Shown here: in pieces, positions 54,523 to 64,000 of the stretch
Numbering within the stretch: the stretch's first letter is position 1
Layout: every line of letters begins with the position of its first letter
NCBI GenBank assembly: GCA_045640185.1
Contig: JAZUEN010000085.1
Span: forward strand, 3,525 to 67,524
Direction: 5' to 3'
Length of the DNA: 64,000 bases
From: Bacteroidales bacterium
GTDB lineage: Bacteria > Bacteroidota > Bacteroidia > Bacteroidales > SZUA-534
Notes under the pieces: generated by a model
What the model was told of the DNA's origin: nothing
Databases searched by the model: none
What the model saw: the letters and a program-made list of their open reading frames with translations, nothing else
Position numbers and translations under genes: made by a program

Positions 54523-56364
54523 CTATACGAACCTGTTTTTCCACCATTGATGGAGGCAAATCAAGGCCCATACCCGATTGTACAAATAGCCAACCTTTTT
54601 GTCGTAGAACAAATGCAACAGATGCTCCACTTCCGAACAGTCGACCAATTGGGCCGTTTCAACCAACTGCCGATTGAGATATTCATCGGTCAAATAGCGC
54701 AAATCGGTCCATAGCCAATGGCACAAAGGCACGCTGAATCCCCATTTAGGCCGTTCGAACAACTCTTTTGGCAAATATTCATACAGCACCTGTTTCAGCA
54801 AATACTTTTGTTCACCATTTCTGACTTTGAGGCTTTTATGCAAGTTTGCGGAAAATTCGACGATGCGGTAATCCAGCAACGGCACTCGAGACTCGAGCGA
54901 ATACCGCATTGAAGCCCTATCAACCTTGACTAGCAAATCATCTGGCAGATAATATGACAAATCGAACATCGACTGACGTTCCGCGGCCGAAAGATTGCGC
55001 ACAAGCGACGGAACCATAGCCATATAATCAGGCTGAGGCCCACAGCATAGGCTGTCTGCCTCTGCGGCCGAAAACAAATACTGTTCCTGCGAGAAAATGT
55101 GTTTTTGCAAATTATCTGAACTGCGCCATCCAAACATTTTAGATATGCGCTGGTAGCGACTGTTTCCGAAGCTCAGTGCCATTTCAATAGGCTTCCGCAA
55201 AGTCGCGACGCATTGGTTGTCAAGCCGGTCTGCCCAATTGTACATTCCGTATCCGAGGAAAAGCTCATCGCCACCATCGCCCGTAAGCACCATTTTCACG
55301 TCTTTTGAAGCCAAAAAAGACACAAGCATTGTTGGCAATGCTGACGAATCGGCGTAAGGTTCATCGTAATAGTAAAACATGTCGGCGATTCGGTCCATGG
55401 CATCTTTCTCTGTCATCATAAGAGTGTGATGGCACGTATCCAATTGCTTGGCGACTTGTGCCGAATACATTGACTCGTCGTGCTTGCTATCCTTAAATCC
55501 GATCGAAAAGGTATTGGTACGCGTTCCGCTCACACGACGCGCAACTGCCGTCACCAAAGAGCTATCGATGCCTCCGCTCAAAAAAGTGCCATACGGGACA
55601 TCGGCAATCAGCCTATAGCGAACAGAACTTTCAACAAGGTTCTGCAAAGTCCTCTTAGCCTGACAAAAATCGGCAATTGGTTCAGGCCGCATCGTATCGT
55701 ACAGATTCCAGTATTTAGTGACAGACAATGTCGAGCCGTCAAATACAGCATACTGTCCTTGCTGGAATTTATACACATTATTATATATGGTATTAGGCGC
55801 CGGCACATATCCCAACAGCAAAAACTGCCATACTGCCGGCCTGTTTATCCCCTTGTTTTTCTGGAACACCGGCAACTGTTCTATCGACTTCAATTCTGAA
55901 GCGAATGCGAACACACCATCTTCGTAATAATAGAACAATGGCTTCACTCCCATTCTGTCACGGAACAGATAGATGCGTTGTGTGGCAATCTCGCAAATTG
56001 CAATGGCGAACATTCCGTTCAACCGCTCGACGAACTGTGGGCCAAGCTTTTCAAAGGCCTCGACAACGACTTCAGTGTCAGAGCTTGTACGCATCTTTAT
56101 CCCCAAATCGGAAGCCACCTCGGAATAATTATAGATTTCGCCATTGAATACGGCAACATATTTTCCTGAATGGGAACACATTGGCTGATTGGCCTTTTCC
56201 GACAAATCTATAATGCTTAAACGCCGATGCCCCATCTTCACCTTGTCTCCCATATAATAGCCACAAGCGTCAGGGCCTCGATGCGACAATTTTTCGACCA
56301 TTGCAACAAGTTCGTTGCGGCCCATCGAATCCTTTCCGGAGAAAAAACCTGCTATTCCACACAT
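54523..56364 (-). CDS. asnB: asparagine synthase (glutamine-hydrolysing)
   Basis: The ATG at 56364 gives MCGIAGFF (N-terminal nucleophile Cys2). SGGIDSS PP-loop. About 613 aa. Confidence 0.9.
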   Translation of the reverse strand: MCGIAGFFSGKDSMGRNELVAMVEKLSHRGPDACGYYMGDKVKMGHRRLSIIDLSEKANQPMCSHSGKYVAVFNGEIYNYSEVASDLGIKMRTSSDTEVVVEAFEKLGPQFVERLNGMFAIAICEIATQRIYLFRDRMGVKPLFYYYEDGVFAFASELKSIEQLPVFQKNKGINRPAVWQFLLLGYVPAPNTIYNNVYKFQQGQYAVFDGSTLSVTKYWNLYDTMRPEPIADFCQAKRTLQNLVESSVRYRLIADVPYGTFLSGGIDSSLVTAVARRVSGTRTNTFSIGFKDSKHDESMYSAQVAKQLDTCHHTLMMTEKDAMDRIADMFYYYDEPYADSSALPTMLVSFLASKDVKMVLTGDGGDELFLGYGMYNWADRLDNQCVATLRKPIEMALSFGNSRYQRISKMFGWRSSDNLQKHIFSQEQYLFSAAEADSLCCGPQPDYMAMVPSLVRNLSAAERQSMFDLSYYLPDDLLVKVDRASMRYSLESRVPLLDYRIVEFSANLHKSLKVRNGEQKYLLKQVLYEYLPKELFERPKWGFSVPLCHWLWTDLRYLTDEYLNRQLVETAQLVDCSEVEHLLHLFYDKKVGYLYNRVWALICLHQWWKNRFV

Positions 56365-56448
56365 AATCGTCCTGATTTGCCTCAAAAATAATTATGAATT
56401 GCGAATTCTAAATTATGCAACTTATTTTTGCGTACAAAATGTATTGCG

Positions 56449-56835
56449 ATGGATGAAGTTAGAATTGACAAATGGCTTTGGGATGTCCGGATATTCAAGA
56501 CCCGCAGCCAAGCCGCCGATGCGTGTCACAAGGGGCACATACTAATTGACGACGTTCCTGTCAAGGCCTCGCGCACAATTAAGGTTGGCGACATTGTTGA
56601 AGTAAAGAAGAATCCCGTTCTATATCGATACAAGGTTCTCTCCATTCCACCTTCAAGGGTGTCCGCTAAACTAGTGCCCGAACTCATCGAAGACTTGACG
56701 CCCGAACAGGAAATCCTGAAGATAGACCTTTTGCGTGCCGACATAAACGGACATCGTGACCGTGGCACAGGACGCCCTACAAAGCGCGACCGGCGAATGC
56801 TCGACATTTGGATGAATGGCGATGACGACTATTGA
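56449..56835 (+). CDS. S4-domain RNA-binding protein (Hsp15/HslR-like)
   Basis: ATG at 56449. VRIDKWLWDVRIFKTRSQAADACHKGHILIDDVPVKASRTIKVGDIV is Hsp15-like. Confidence 0.75.
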   Translation: MDEVRIDKWLWDVRIFKTRSQAADACHKGHILIDDVPVKASRTIKVGDIVEVKKNPVLYRYKVLSIPPSRVSAKLVPELIEDLTPEQEILKIDLLRADINGHRDRGTGRPTKRDRRMLDIWMNGDDDY

Positions 56836-56856
56836 ATGGCGCATGCACCGACCGAA

Positions 56857-56896
56857 TAAAAAAAAAGGGGATGACACTATTGCCATTCCCTTTTTG
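56857..56896. terminator. bidirectional hairpin terminator between convergent genes
   Basis: A-run, aaaggggatg / cattcccttt stem (one G-U pair), then a T-run. Confidence 0.7.
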
Positions 56897-56916
56897 CACT
56901 GTCGAATCAGCTTCTG

Positions 56917-57744
56917 TTATTTTGCCTTTCCTTGCCAGACAAAGCAATCGTCAAATTTCAGCGACTCTGCATCCGGCACATTGCGGAACAAGCCATATAT
57001 TGCAGAACCGCTACCGGTCATTGACGCATAGGACGCCCCTAGCCTGTACAATTCATTTTTAATCTTTGGCAAGATAGGATACATGCCGAAAATAGGCGTT
57101 TCAAAATCGTTCACCATCTTTTCCGGCCATTCTTCAGGTGATATGGAGAGCAAATCCATAATCGGATATTTTGGCGCCTGCGGAGTAAGAAGCCCGTATG
57201 CCTGCGACGTGTTGACGTGGACATCTGGCTTTACGACTACTATTGTATAACCAGACAAATCAACTTTCACGGGATTGAGCATTTCGCCTCGACCTGTCGC
57301 ATAAGCCGGCTTATTCTGCACAAAAAATGCGCAATCGCTACCTAACATTGATGCATAACGCTGCATATCCTGCTGGCTCAACTTCAAATCGAACATCTTA
57401 TTGAGCGCCGTTATCATAAATGCGCAGTCGGCCGACCCGCCACCAAGGCCGGCTCCCATTGGCACCTGTTTTCGCAACGACGCCTTAACCGGAGGTAAAT
57501 TGAAATCGGCATTCAGTAAATAATAGGCCCTGCTTACAAGATTTGAATCAAGAGCGCCGTCTATTGCCAAACCATCGATACTTAACTCGAATTTTTTGGC
57601 GCCTATGTGTTTATTTTCTGTTAATTTTAATTCATCAGTCATACTAAGCGGAACCATCAGTGTTTCAAGATTATGGAACCCGTCTGGACGCTTGGAGACA
57701 ATATTCAAACCGATGTTAATTTTTGCATTTGGACGAACTATCAT
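56917..57744 (-). CDS. ispE: 4-(cytidine 5'-diphospho)-2-C-methyl-D-erythritol kinase
   Basis: NAKINIGLNIVSKRPDGFHNLET and PMGAGLGGGSADCA (GHMP kinase motif). Confidence 0.9.
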   Translation of the reverse strand: MIVRPNAKINIGLNIVSKRPDGFHNLETLMVPLSMTDELKLTENKHIGAKKFELSIDGLAIDGALDSNLVSRAYYLLNADFNLPPVKASLRKQVPMGAGLGGGSADCAFMITALNKMFDLKLSQQDMQRYASMLGSDCAFFVQNKPAYATGRGEMLNPVKVDLSGYTIVVVKPDVHVNTSQAYGLLTPQAPKYPIMDLLSISPEEWPEKMVNDFETPIFGMYPILPKIKNELYRLGASYASMTGSGSAIYGLFRNVPDAESLKFDDCFVWQGKAK

Positions 57745-57861
57745 AGTAATATAATGAGTAATACATTTTTGTTTATAAATATAAACCTATAAATTTAAAG
57801 AACGCACGACATCCTCTTATTTTTGTCGCGATAATTTTTGACACGACAAACAGCATTGACT

Positions 57862-59406
57862 ATGGCAAAGAAATACAAAACTGAAAAAGTCGAACCGACA
57901 GAAAGCCTGTTCGCGGGCACCGGCAAAGTTCCACCACAAGCCATCGATTTTGAAGAATCGGTATTGGGCGCACTAATGCTTGAGAAAGATGCAATACTGC
58001 AGGTTGCAGAAATACTCAAGCCGGAATATTTCTACAAAGAGGAACATGGCAAGATCTACTCGGCCATTCTAAAGCTATTCTCTGACCACAACCCGATAGA
58101 CATAAACACTGTCGCACAAGAATTGAAAATAGAGAAGAAACTTGACGAGATTGGAGGACCTTCGTATTTAATCAACCTGACTAACCGAATCGCATCAACG
58201 GCGCATATAGAATACCACTCACGCATAATTGCGCAAAAATACACACAACGCGAGCTCATCAGGATTGGCGCCGAAATGCAGAAACAAGGCTTCGAGGATG
58301 TTGAAGACGTGTCAGACATGCTGCAACAAGCAGAACAAAGCATATTTGAGCTGTCGGTAGGCAATGTAAAGAAGGAAGTGTCATCGATGGACCAAGTATT
58401 GAAAGAGGCATACGAGCAACTGCAAGAGGCATCAAAGCGCGATGACGGATTGAGTGGCGTGCCAAGCGGATTCAGAAGCCTTGACGAGCTGACACTTGGA
58501 TGGCAAAAATCAGACTTGGTAATCATTGCGGCTCGTCCTGCAATGGGAAAGACAGCCTTTGTCCTATCAATGGCCCGCAACATTGCAGTCGAATCAAACA
58601 TACCTGTTGCAATCTTTTCACTGGAAATGTCATCTGTTCAGTTGGTAAACCGTATCATAAGCAGCGAAGCTGAAATAACCAGTTCCAAGCTAAGGACAGG
58701 AAAGCTCACCAATCTGGAATGGAAAAATCTGGAAACCAAGATGAAGCAACTCGAACTTGCGCCAATGTACATCGACGACACTCCTGCACTATCCCTGACC
58801 GAATTCCGTTCAAAAATTCGGCGACTGAAGCAATTGCATGACATAAAAATAGCAATAATCGACTACCTTCAGCTGATGACTGCAGGAGGCAACCAGCAAA
58901 GCCGTGAGCAGGAAGTTAGCACAATATCAAGATCACTAAAGGCCATTGCAAAGGAAATCGGCATTCCAATAATAGCATTGAGCCAGTTGAGCCGAGCTGT
59001 TGAACAGCGTGGCGGTGACAAACGTCCTCAGCTGTCCGATTTGCGCGAATCGGGAGCCATTGAACAAGATGCCGACATGGTAATCTTCATACACAGACCC
59101 GAATACTATGGAATAAAAGCAGACGAAGCGGGAAACTCCATGATTGGCGTTGCCGAAATCATTGTTGCGAAGCACCGTAATGGTGCCGTTGACGATGTAA
59201 GGCTGCAATTCAAGAGTGAGTTTACCCGATTCTGCAATCCAGAAGACGGCTCGTTAGGGAAAGTTGTATTCCAATCGAAAATGAACTCGAGTCCTGCACA
59301 AAGCACCGAGGCCCCCAGCTCCGGATTTACACCGAACACAAACTTCGACAATCCTCAACCGGACGCAAAACAAGACTTGAACCCAACCGACTCAATCCCA
59401 TTTTAA
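57862..59406 (+). CDS. dnaB: replicative DNA helicase
   Basis: ATG at 57862. PPQAIDFEESVLGALML, Walker A ARPAMGKTAF, IDYLQLM and SQLSR. TAttTTTG at 57818-57825 is a candidate promoter element. Confidence 0.95.
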   Translation: MAKKYKTEKVEPTESLFAGTGKVPPQAIDFEESVLGALMLEKDAILQVAEILKPEYFYKEEHGKIYSAILKLFSDHNPIDINTVAQELKIEKKLDEIGGPSYLINLTNRIASTAHIEYHSRIIAQKYTQRELIRIGAEMQKQGFEDVEDVSDMLQQAEQSIFELSVGNVKKEVSSMDQVLKEAYEQLQEASKRDDGLSGVPSGFRSLDELTLGWQKSDLVIIAARPAMGKTAFVLSMARNIAVESNIPVAIFSLEMSSVQLVNRIISSEAEITSSKLRTGKLTNLEWKNLETKMKQLELAPMYIDDTPALSLTEFRSKIRRLKQLHDIKIAIIDYLQLMTAGGNQQSREQEVSTISRSLKAIAKEIGIPIIALSQLSRAVEQRGGDKRPQLSDLRESGAIEQDADMVIFIHRPEYYGIKADEAGNSMIGVAEIIVAKHRNGAVDDVRLQFKSEFTRFCNPEDGSLGKVVFQSKMNSSPAQSTEAPSSGFTPNTNFDNPQPDAKQDLNPTDSIPF

Positions 59407-59408
59407 GC

Positions 59409-60671
59409 GTGAAACATAAATTTGGAACATTGACATTGCTACTGTTGCTTTTGCTGAAAGAGGCCAGTGCTTCGTATCTGCTAATACCTATGGATGAGGC
59501 GCAAAGCAACCACCTTAAGGCTTATGGCATAACCTATTGGGTGTTGGAGAGCCAGATTCCTGCACAATGGTTGCTCAACTATCGTGGAGGCAGTTTCATG
59601 ATGCAATACAGCAAAGCTATTGAGACCGAATGTGTCATACGCAATGTCAGCTACGAGGTCATTGCCGATGCCAAAGCCTCCAATATTCTAACCGAGATAA
59701 GTGGCGAAGACGTAAACATGGATGCCCTGAAACTTGAAAAAGCGCCCAAAATTGCAGTTTATTCGCCCAAAGACAAATTGCCATGGGACGATGCCGTAAC
59801 CATGGTCCTGACATACGCCGAGATACCTTACACTATAATATATGACGAAGAAATTGTCAATGGCGAATTAAGCCAATACGATTGGCTGCACCTTCACCAC
59901 GAAGACTTCACCGGACAATACGGCAAATTCTACGCGGCATATAAAAACACAGGATGGTACACAAGCCAAGTCAGCAACGCAGAAGCTGACGCCAAAAGAA
60001 TGGGCTTCGACAAGGTATCGAAACTGAAGCTATATGTTGCACAGACAATAAAGGACTATGTCGCCAACGGAGGATTCCTATTCGCAATGTGTTCTGCAAC
60101 CGACTCTTATGACATCGCCCTAGCTGCCGCCAATACCGACATTTGCGAGTATATGTTTGATGGCGATGCCATGGACCCACAAGCCCAAAACAAGCTGAAT
60201 TTCGACAATACTTTTGCATTCCAGAACTTCACTCTGGAAAAGAACCCTCTTGTTTATGAATATTCAGACATTGACGTGACAACATCTCGCAAGGTGAATT
60301 CCGAAAACGACTATTTCACTCTGTTCGAATTCTCGGCAAAATGGGACCAAGTTCCAACCATGCTATGCCAAAACCATGAAACAACCATTCGCGGCTTTAT
60401 GGGACAGACTACTGCATACAACTCAAAACTGCTAAAGCCTAACGTTCTGATTATGGGCGAAAACAAATCTGCCGGCGAGGCACGCTACATACACGGGGAA
60501 TTTGGCAAAGGCACATGGACGTTCTATGGGGGGCACGACCCTGAAGATTACCAACATTTTGTAGGCGACAAGCCGACTAATCTGGAGATGTATCCCAACT
60601 CTCCCGGATTCAGGCTAATACTCAACAACGTGCTCTTCCCTGCCGCAAAGAAAAAAAAGATGAAAACATAA
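59409..60671 (+). CDS. secreted hypothetical protein (possible class-I glutamine-amidotransferase-like fold)
   Basis: GTG start 2 nt after the dnaB stop. Signal-like LTLLLLLLLKEASA. KIAVYSP..PWDDAV and GGFLFAMCSATDS suggest a GATase1-like elbow, which is a weak inference only. Confidence 0.45.
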   Translation: MKHKFGTLTLLLLLLLKEASASYLLIPMDEAQSNHLKAYGITYWVLESQIPAQWLLNYRGGSFMMQYSKAIETECVIRNVSYEVIADAKASNILTEISGEDVNMDALKLEKAPKIAVYSPKDKLPWDDAVTMVLTYAEIPYTIIYDEEIVNGELSQYDWLHLHHEDFTGQYGKFYAAYKNTGWYTSQVSNAEADAKRMGFDKVSKLKLYVAQTIKDYVANGGFLFAMCSATDSYDIALAAANTDICEYMFDGDAMDPQAQNKLNFDNTFAFQNFTLEKNPLVYEYSDIDVTTSRKVNSENDYFTLFEFSAKWDQVPTMLCQNHETTIRGFMGQTTAYNSKLLKPNVLIMGENKSAGEARYIHGEFGKGTWTFYGGHDPEDYQHFVGDKPTNLEMYPNSPGFRLILNNVLFPAAKKKKMKT

Positions 60672-60692
60672 AACAGACATCCTTATACAAAT

Positions 60693-60722
60693 AAAAAATG
60701 GCGCTTTATGGCGCCATTTTTT
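60693..60722. terminator. bidirectional Rho-independent terminator
   Basis: aaaaaatggcgc tttatg gcgccatttttt, a perfect stem flanked by A- and T-runs between convergent genes. Confidence 0.85.
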
Positions 60723-60738
60723 ATTATTCGGAATCAAT

Positions 60739-62172
60739 CTATTTATATCGGAAGCCTATTGTCAATGCAAAATTTCCCTTCATGTTTTTCAACTTTGACG
60801 CACTATCATCATATCCATACAAATAATATGTCTCCGATTTTGTATTCAAGCTATACCCTAAATCGACATATAACCCTGGCATCCTGAACCCGACACCTGC
60901 ACTATATGACATAATACTTGACTTCGAGTTTTCGTGGTCATTGACATACGGGCTTCCATAATAGCCAACGCCACCACGCAAAGCCATCGGGCCTACCAGC
61001 AATTCACCTCCCACTCGCAAATTGACATTTGTTCTATATATATCAGATATAACATCATTTACATAATTGAAATCGTAATGGTGGTTATGCGTATCAAGCG
61101 ATACATTTGAATAATTGACAACCTCGCAATCAACATCAATCATGCCCAATTTTTGAGAGACTAAGGCGAGACTAGCTATGAACCTGCCTGGTGTGTTCAA
61201 TTCCCAATCAATTGCTCCGCTTGAATTTGCCTTATTTGTGCCTAGATTTTCCTCATCGTAATATATTGAAGAAACGACCTCATCATAATAGTCATCTTCC
61301 ATTTGTACAATTGTCGGTGTATGATAAGCCAAGCCAAGACGCACATTGTCATTTAGCCAATAGATTGTTCCCAACTTGACATTAATGCCTCCGCCAACCG
61401 AATGGAACTCATCGTAAACCGAGAAATTGTCAAGACTGATAGGGTGGCTAGGGGTCTCTTCATACTTCGAACTCTGAAAATAGTCAATTCTCATAATATT
61501 GAAAGACGCACCGAAATACCATTTGTCATTAAGGTTAAAGCCCATCATAATTGCATATTCCCCCACGGAACCTGATGATTTTAGCTTCTTGGATTGACGC
61601 GAGCCATAGCTTCCAGCCATCTCGTAATCTGTATAGTAATAACCAGAAGCCGAATCCATTATGAACAAATCTGCATCATAGAACAGGTTGTCATAATTCT
61701 CATCGAAAAAGTCAATTTCGTAATCAAGCATCGAATAATCATTCTCACCTTTTACGAAAACACTTCTGTTGAAATCAGTCAGTCTGTTATACGCAAAGCC
61801 GAAACTTACTGACTTGCATCCCTTGTCTATGCCTGTTTCATAGGTATTGCTGAATCCGATATTCGAAAAATTGAAATTTGTCTTAGACACGTTGCCAGAC
61901 TCACCGTAATAGGTTGACTTCACCTTACTTGTATTCCACGATGGAGTTACCGAAAAGTATCCTGAACGCGTAACGCTCAAACCTGCAGGATTAATCGACA
62001 TCGCCGTAAAATCAGCACCTATGGCACCCATCGCGCCTCCCATCGAATTGAATTTTGCCGTTCCCGCAGGCACAATATTAATGTAGCGTATGGCATCATC
62101 CTCGTTCTGCGCCATTGATACGATGGCTGAGCCAAGCATCATTGCCGATATTATTATTGTCTTTTTATTCAT
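60739..62172 (-). CDS. FadL/PorV-like outer-membrane beta-barrel protein
   Basis: A signal peptide, then DDAIRYINIVPAGTAKFNSMGGAMGAIGADFTAMSINPAGL (G..A..D....NPA pattern of FadL/PorV-type barrels). The body is an alternating beta pattern ending ..LTIGFRYK. Confidence 0.55.
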   Translation of the reverse strand: MNKKTIIISAMMLGSAIVSMAQNEDDAIRYINIVPAGTAKFNSMGGAMGAIGADFTAMSINPAGLSVTRSGYFSVTPSWNTSKVKSTYYGESGNVSKTNFNFSNIGFSNTYETGIDKGCKSVSFGFAYNRLTDFNRSVFVKGENDYSMLDYEIDFFDENYDNLFYDADLFIMDSASGYYYTDYEMAGSYGSRQSKKLKSSGSVGEYAIMMGFNLNDKWYFGASFNIMRIDYFQSSKYEETPSHPISLDNFSVYDEFHSVGGGINVKLGTIYWLNDNVRLGLAYHTPTIVQMEDDYYDEVVSSIYYDEENLGTNKANSSGAIDWELNTPGRFIASLALVSQKLGMIDVDCEVVNYSNVSLDTHNHHYDFNYVNDVISDIYRTNVNLRVGGELLVGPMALRGGVGYYGSPYVNDHENSKSSIMSYSAGVGFRMPGLYVDLGYSLNTKSETYYLYGYDDSASKLKNMKGNFALTIGFRYK

Positions 62173-62205
62173 ATCTCCAACAAATTAAATTGGTTGTAAA
62201 ATCCA

Positions 62206-63528
62206 CTATCTGCGTCCATGGCTTGAACCGCCACCGCTACTACGACCACCGCCACCACTATAACTACGACTGCCAGAAGACGAAGAACTGCTTCTGTAAC
62301 TTGAAGACGAAGAACTGCTTCTGTAGCTCGATGATGATGAGCTGCTTCTGTAGCTCGATGATGATGAACTTGAACGTGCTGGTGCCGAATAGCTTGACGA
62401 GCTATAACTGCTAGATTGTACAGGCGTTGAGTAGCTTGATGTGTTCGACCTGCTAGAACGTGCAGATGTTGAGTAGCTTGATGTGTTCGACCTGCTGGTA
62501 CGTGCCGGTGCAGTTGCATTCGAAACATTAGCGGAGCTGCTACTGGAAGTATAACGAGCGGAATTTGTCGGCTTTGAAGGCAAATGACCGCCATTTTCAC
62601 TTCTGGCAATTGCGTTGTCTCTAGTTGTTGCTCTTACTGTTGTCCGGTTATTTACAGAACCCGCAGACCTGCCTGAGGCGCTTGAAGACGCAACCGCCCT
62701 ATTGGCTCTTGCATTATCATTTAACTGTTTTGCAGGATTCGCCTGTGACGCCCTCCCCCTTGCTTTTGTTTGCGTCTGTGCATTGTTTGACGCAACACTC
62801 GAAGAGCTTGACCTTACCGACGAGTTCCTTGTGTTAGCGACCCCACCTCCTGCGCCATTGCCACTCCGTGACACCGCATTATTTCCACCATACCTATGAT
62901 GCGCATAGTCTCTATGATGTTTGTCATTGTAGCCATAATATGCATAAGTGTCATGATGATGATGTGGGTGATGATGGTATCCATAATATCCATAATATCC
63001 ATAATCATAGTAATAATGATGGTAATACCATGAATCCCAATACCCATAATAGAAACTATAATGGTAATAAGGATAGTAGTCAAAATAAGGGTAATACAAA
63101 GAACCATAGAAATACCTGTCATACCAGAGTGAACCATAATAAAATGGTGAACTCCAAGGACCACCCCATCTATCGACATATAACAGATTGACAGTGACTG
63201 GTGTCACTTCGACTTTCGTCTCGCCATCCTCGAAATATGTTCCATTGTAGTCGTCGCTGAAACGTGCCAAGCGACGTTCGTACTCACCCATTTCGTCGGC
63301 ATCGGCCAAGGTATCCACCGCGATAGAATCGTAGGCTACTGCGGTAGCCAAAGCCATCTGATCATTTTCATTCGACGGAACTTGTGTCGCCGAAGCAACA
63401 AGATGCGCATCTATTTTAGCATTATAATACGTATCGTCATAATAACTTGAAAATCCCGTCATTGTGCTACACGACGTCGCGAATCCTATTGCGCCAATCG
63501 CTATTGACATTAAAGCTAGATTTTTCAT
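62206..63528 (-). CDS. lipoprotein with Tyr/His-rich low-complexity core and Ser/Arg/Asn-rich repetitive tail
   Basis: Lipobox-like MKNLALMSIAIGAIGFATSC and an ~100-aa ordinary segment. Next comes ..FYYGSLWYDRYFYGSLYYPYFDYYPYYHYSFYYGYWDSWYYHHYYYDYGYYGYYGYHHHPHHHH.., followed by ~230 aa of S/R/N/A/T with the repeat SSSSSSSYR. The ORF is uninterrupted and lies 33 nt upstream of the barrel gene. Confidence 0.6.
   Translation of the reverse strand: MKNLALMSIAIGAIGFATSCSTMTGFSSYYDDTYYNAKIDAHLVASATQVPSNENDQMALATAVAYDSIAVDTLADADEMGEYERRLARFSDDYNGTYFEDGETKVEVTPVTVNLLYVDRWGGPWSSPFYYGSLWYDRYFYGSLYYPYFDYYPYYHYSFYYGYWDSWYYHHYYYDYGYYGYYGYHHHPHHHHDTYAYYGYNDKHHRDYAHHRYGGNNAVSRSGNGAGGGVANTRNSSVRSSSSSVASNNAQTQTKARGRASQANPAKQLNDNARANRAVASSSASGRSAGSVNNRTTVRATTRDNAIARSENGGHLPSKPTNSARYTSSSSSANVSNATAPARTSRSNTSSYSTSARSSRSNTSSYSTPVQSSSYSSSSYSAPARSSSSSSSYRSSSSSSSYRSSSSSSSYRSSSSSSGSRSYSGGGGRSSGGGSSHGRR
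62274..62513 (-). repeat. intragenic tandem repeats (27-bp unit x4; 42-bp unit x2)
   Basis: 27-bp periodicity over about 62274-62381 (..gaagacgaagaactgcttctgta.. / ..ctcgatgatgatgagctgcttctgtag..), encoding SSSSSSSYR units. Two 42-bp units start at 62430 and 62472 (gagtagcttgatgtgttcgacctgct..), encoding ..SRSNTSSYST... Confidence 0.8.
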
Positions 63529-63600
63529 AGTCGTATTTTATTTTAAGTTATTACTCTTTTGTTTTAATTTGCGCCTAATTAACAACGACAAAATAAATAA

Positions 63601-64000
<400 letters not shown>

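Noticed and set aside
62169-63191. Alternative-frame ORFs within the low-complexity lipoprotein gene (62169..62609 -, 62814..63179 -, 62615..62899 +, 62868..63191 +).
   Set aside because: All are nested by-products of the repetitive DNA. Only the 62206..63528 frame is continuous from a lipoprotein signal peptide to the 3' end.

Overview
This 64-kb segment looks like an ordinary core-genome region of a Bacteroidales (Bacteroidota) chromosome. That assignment is an inference from content: TAnnTTTG-type promoter motifs, an RseC-like gene followed by rnfBCDGEA, a MurF-Alr fusion, CarboxypepD_reg-type outer-membrane barrels and a BatA_N protein. I can support about 55 protein genes, two tRNAs (Glu-CUC and Asp-GUC) and about ten hairpin terminators. 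Housekeeping genes include gltX, a pepC-like peptidase, nrdDG, murF/alr, miaA, mntP, an rluB-like synthase, a CCA/HD nucleotidyltransferase, asnB, an Hsp15-like S4 protein, ispE, dnaB and a 3'-truncated proS. I saw no transposase, integrase, CRISPR array, or recognisable defence or toxin gene. Five things stand out. (1) Three paralogous transmembrane sensors (two in tandem at 7.9-12.6 kb, one at 42.6-44.6 kb) read extracytoplasmic domain-HAMP-GAF-coiled coil-PAS and then stop, with no recognisable output domain. The third is tightly linked to DUF2752 and CCC-motif small membrane proteins and sits next to a YfiR-like (DUF4154) periplasmic protein. (2) A SiaB-like kinase and SiaC-like (DUF1987) pair has no phosphatase or cyclase partner nearby. 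(3) A lipoprotein with an extreme Tyr/His-rich block and a Ser/Arg-rich repetitive tail lies just upstream of a FadL/PorV-like barrel. (4) A Wzy_C-TPR fusion could be a protein O-glycosyltransferase candidate. (5) miaA is translationally coupled to two GT4 glycosyltransferases and a CYTH protein. All family names come from reading motifs by eye and none has been checked with HMM or BLAST. Coordinates of RNA hairpins and promoters are hand-counted.
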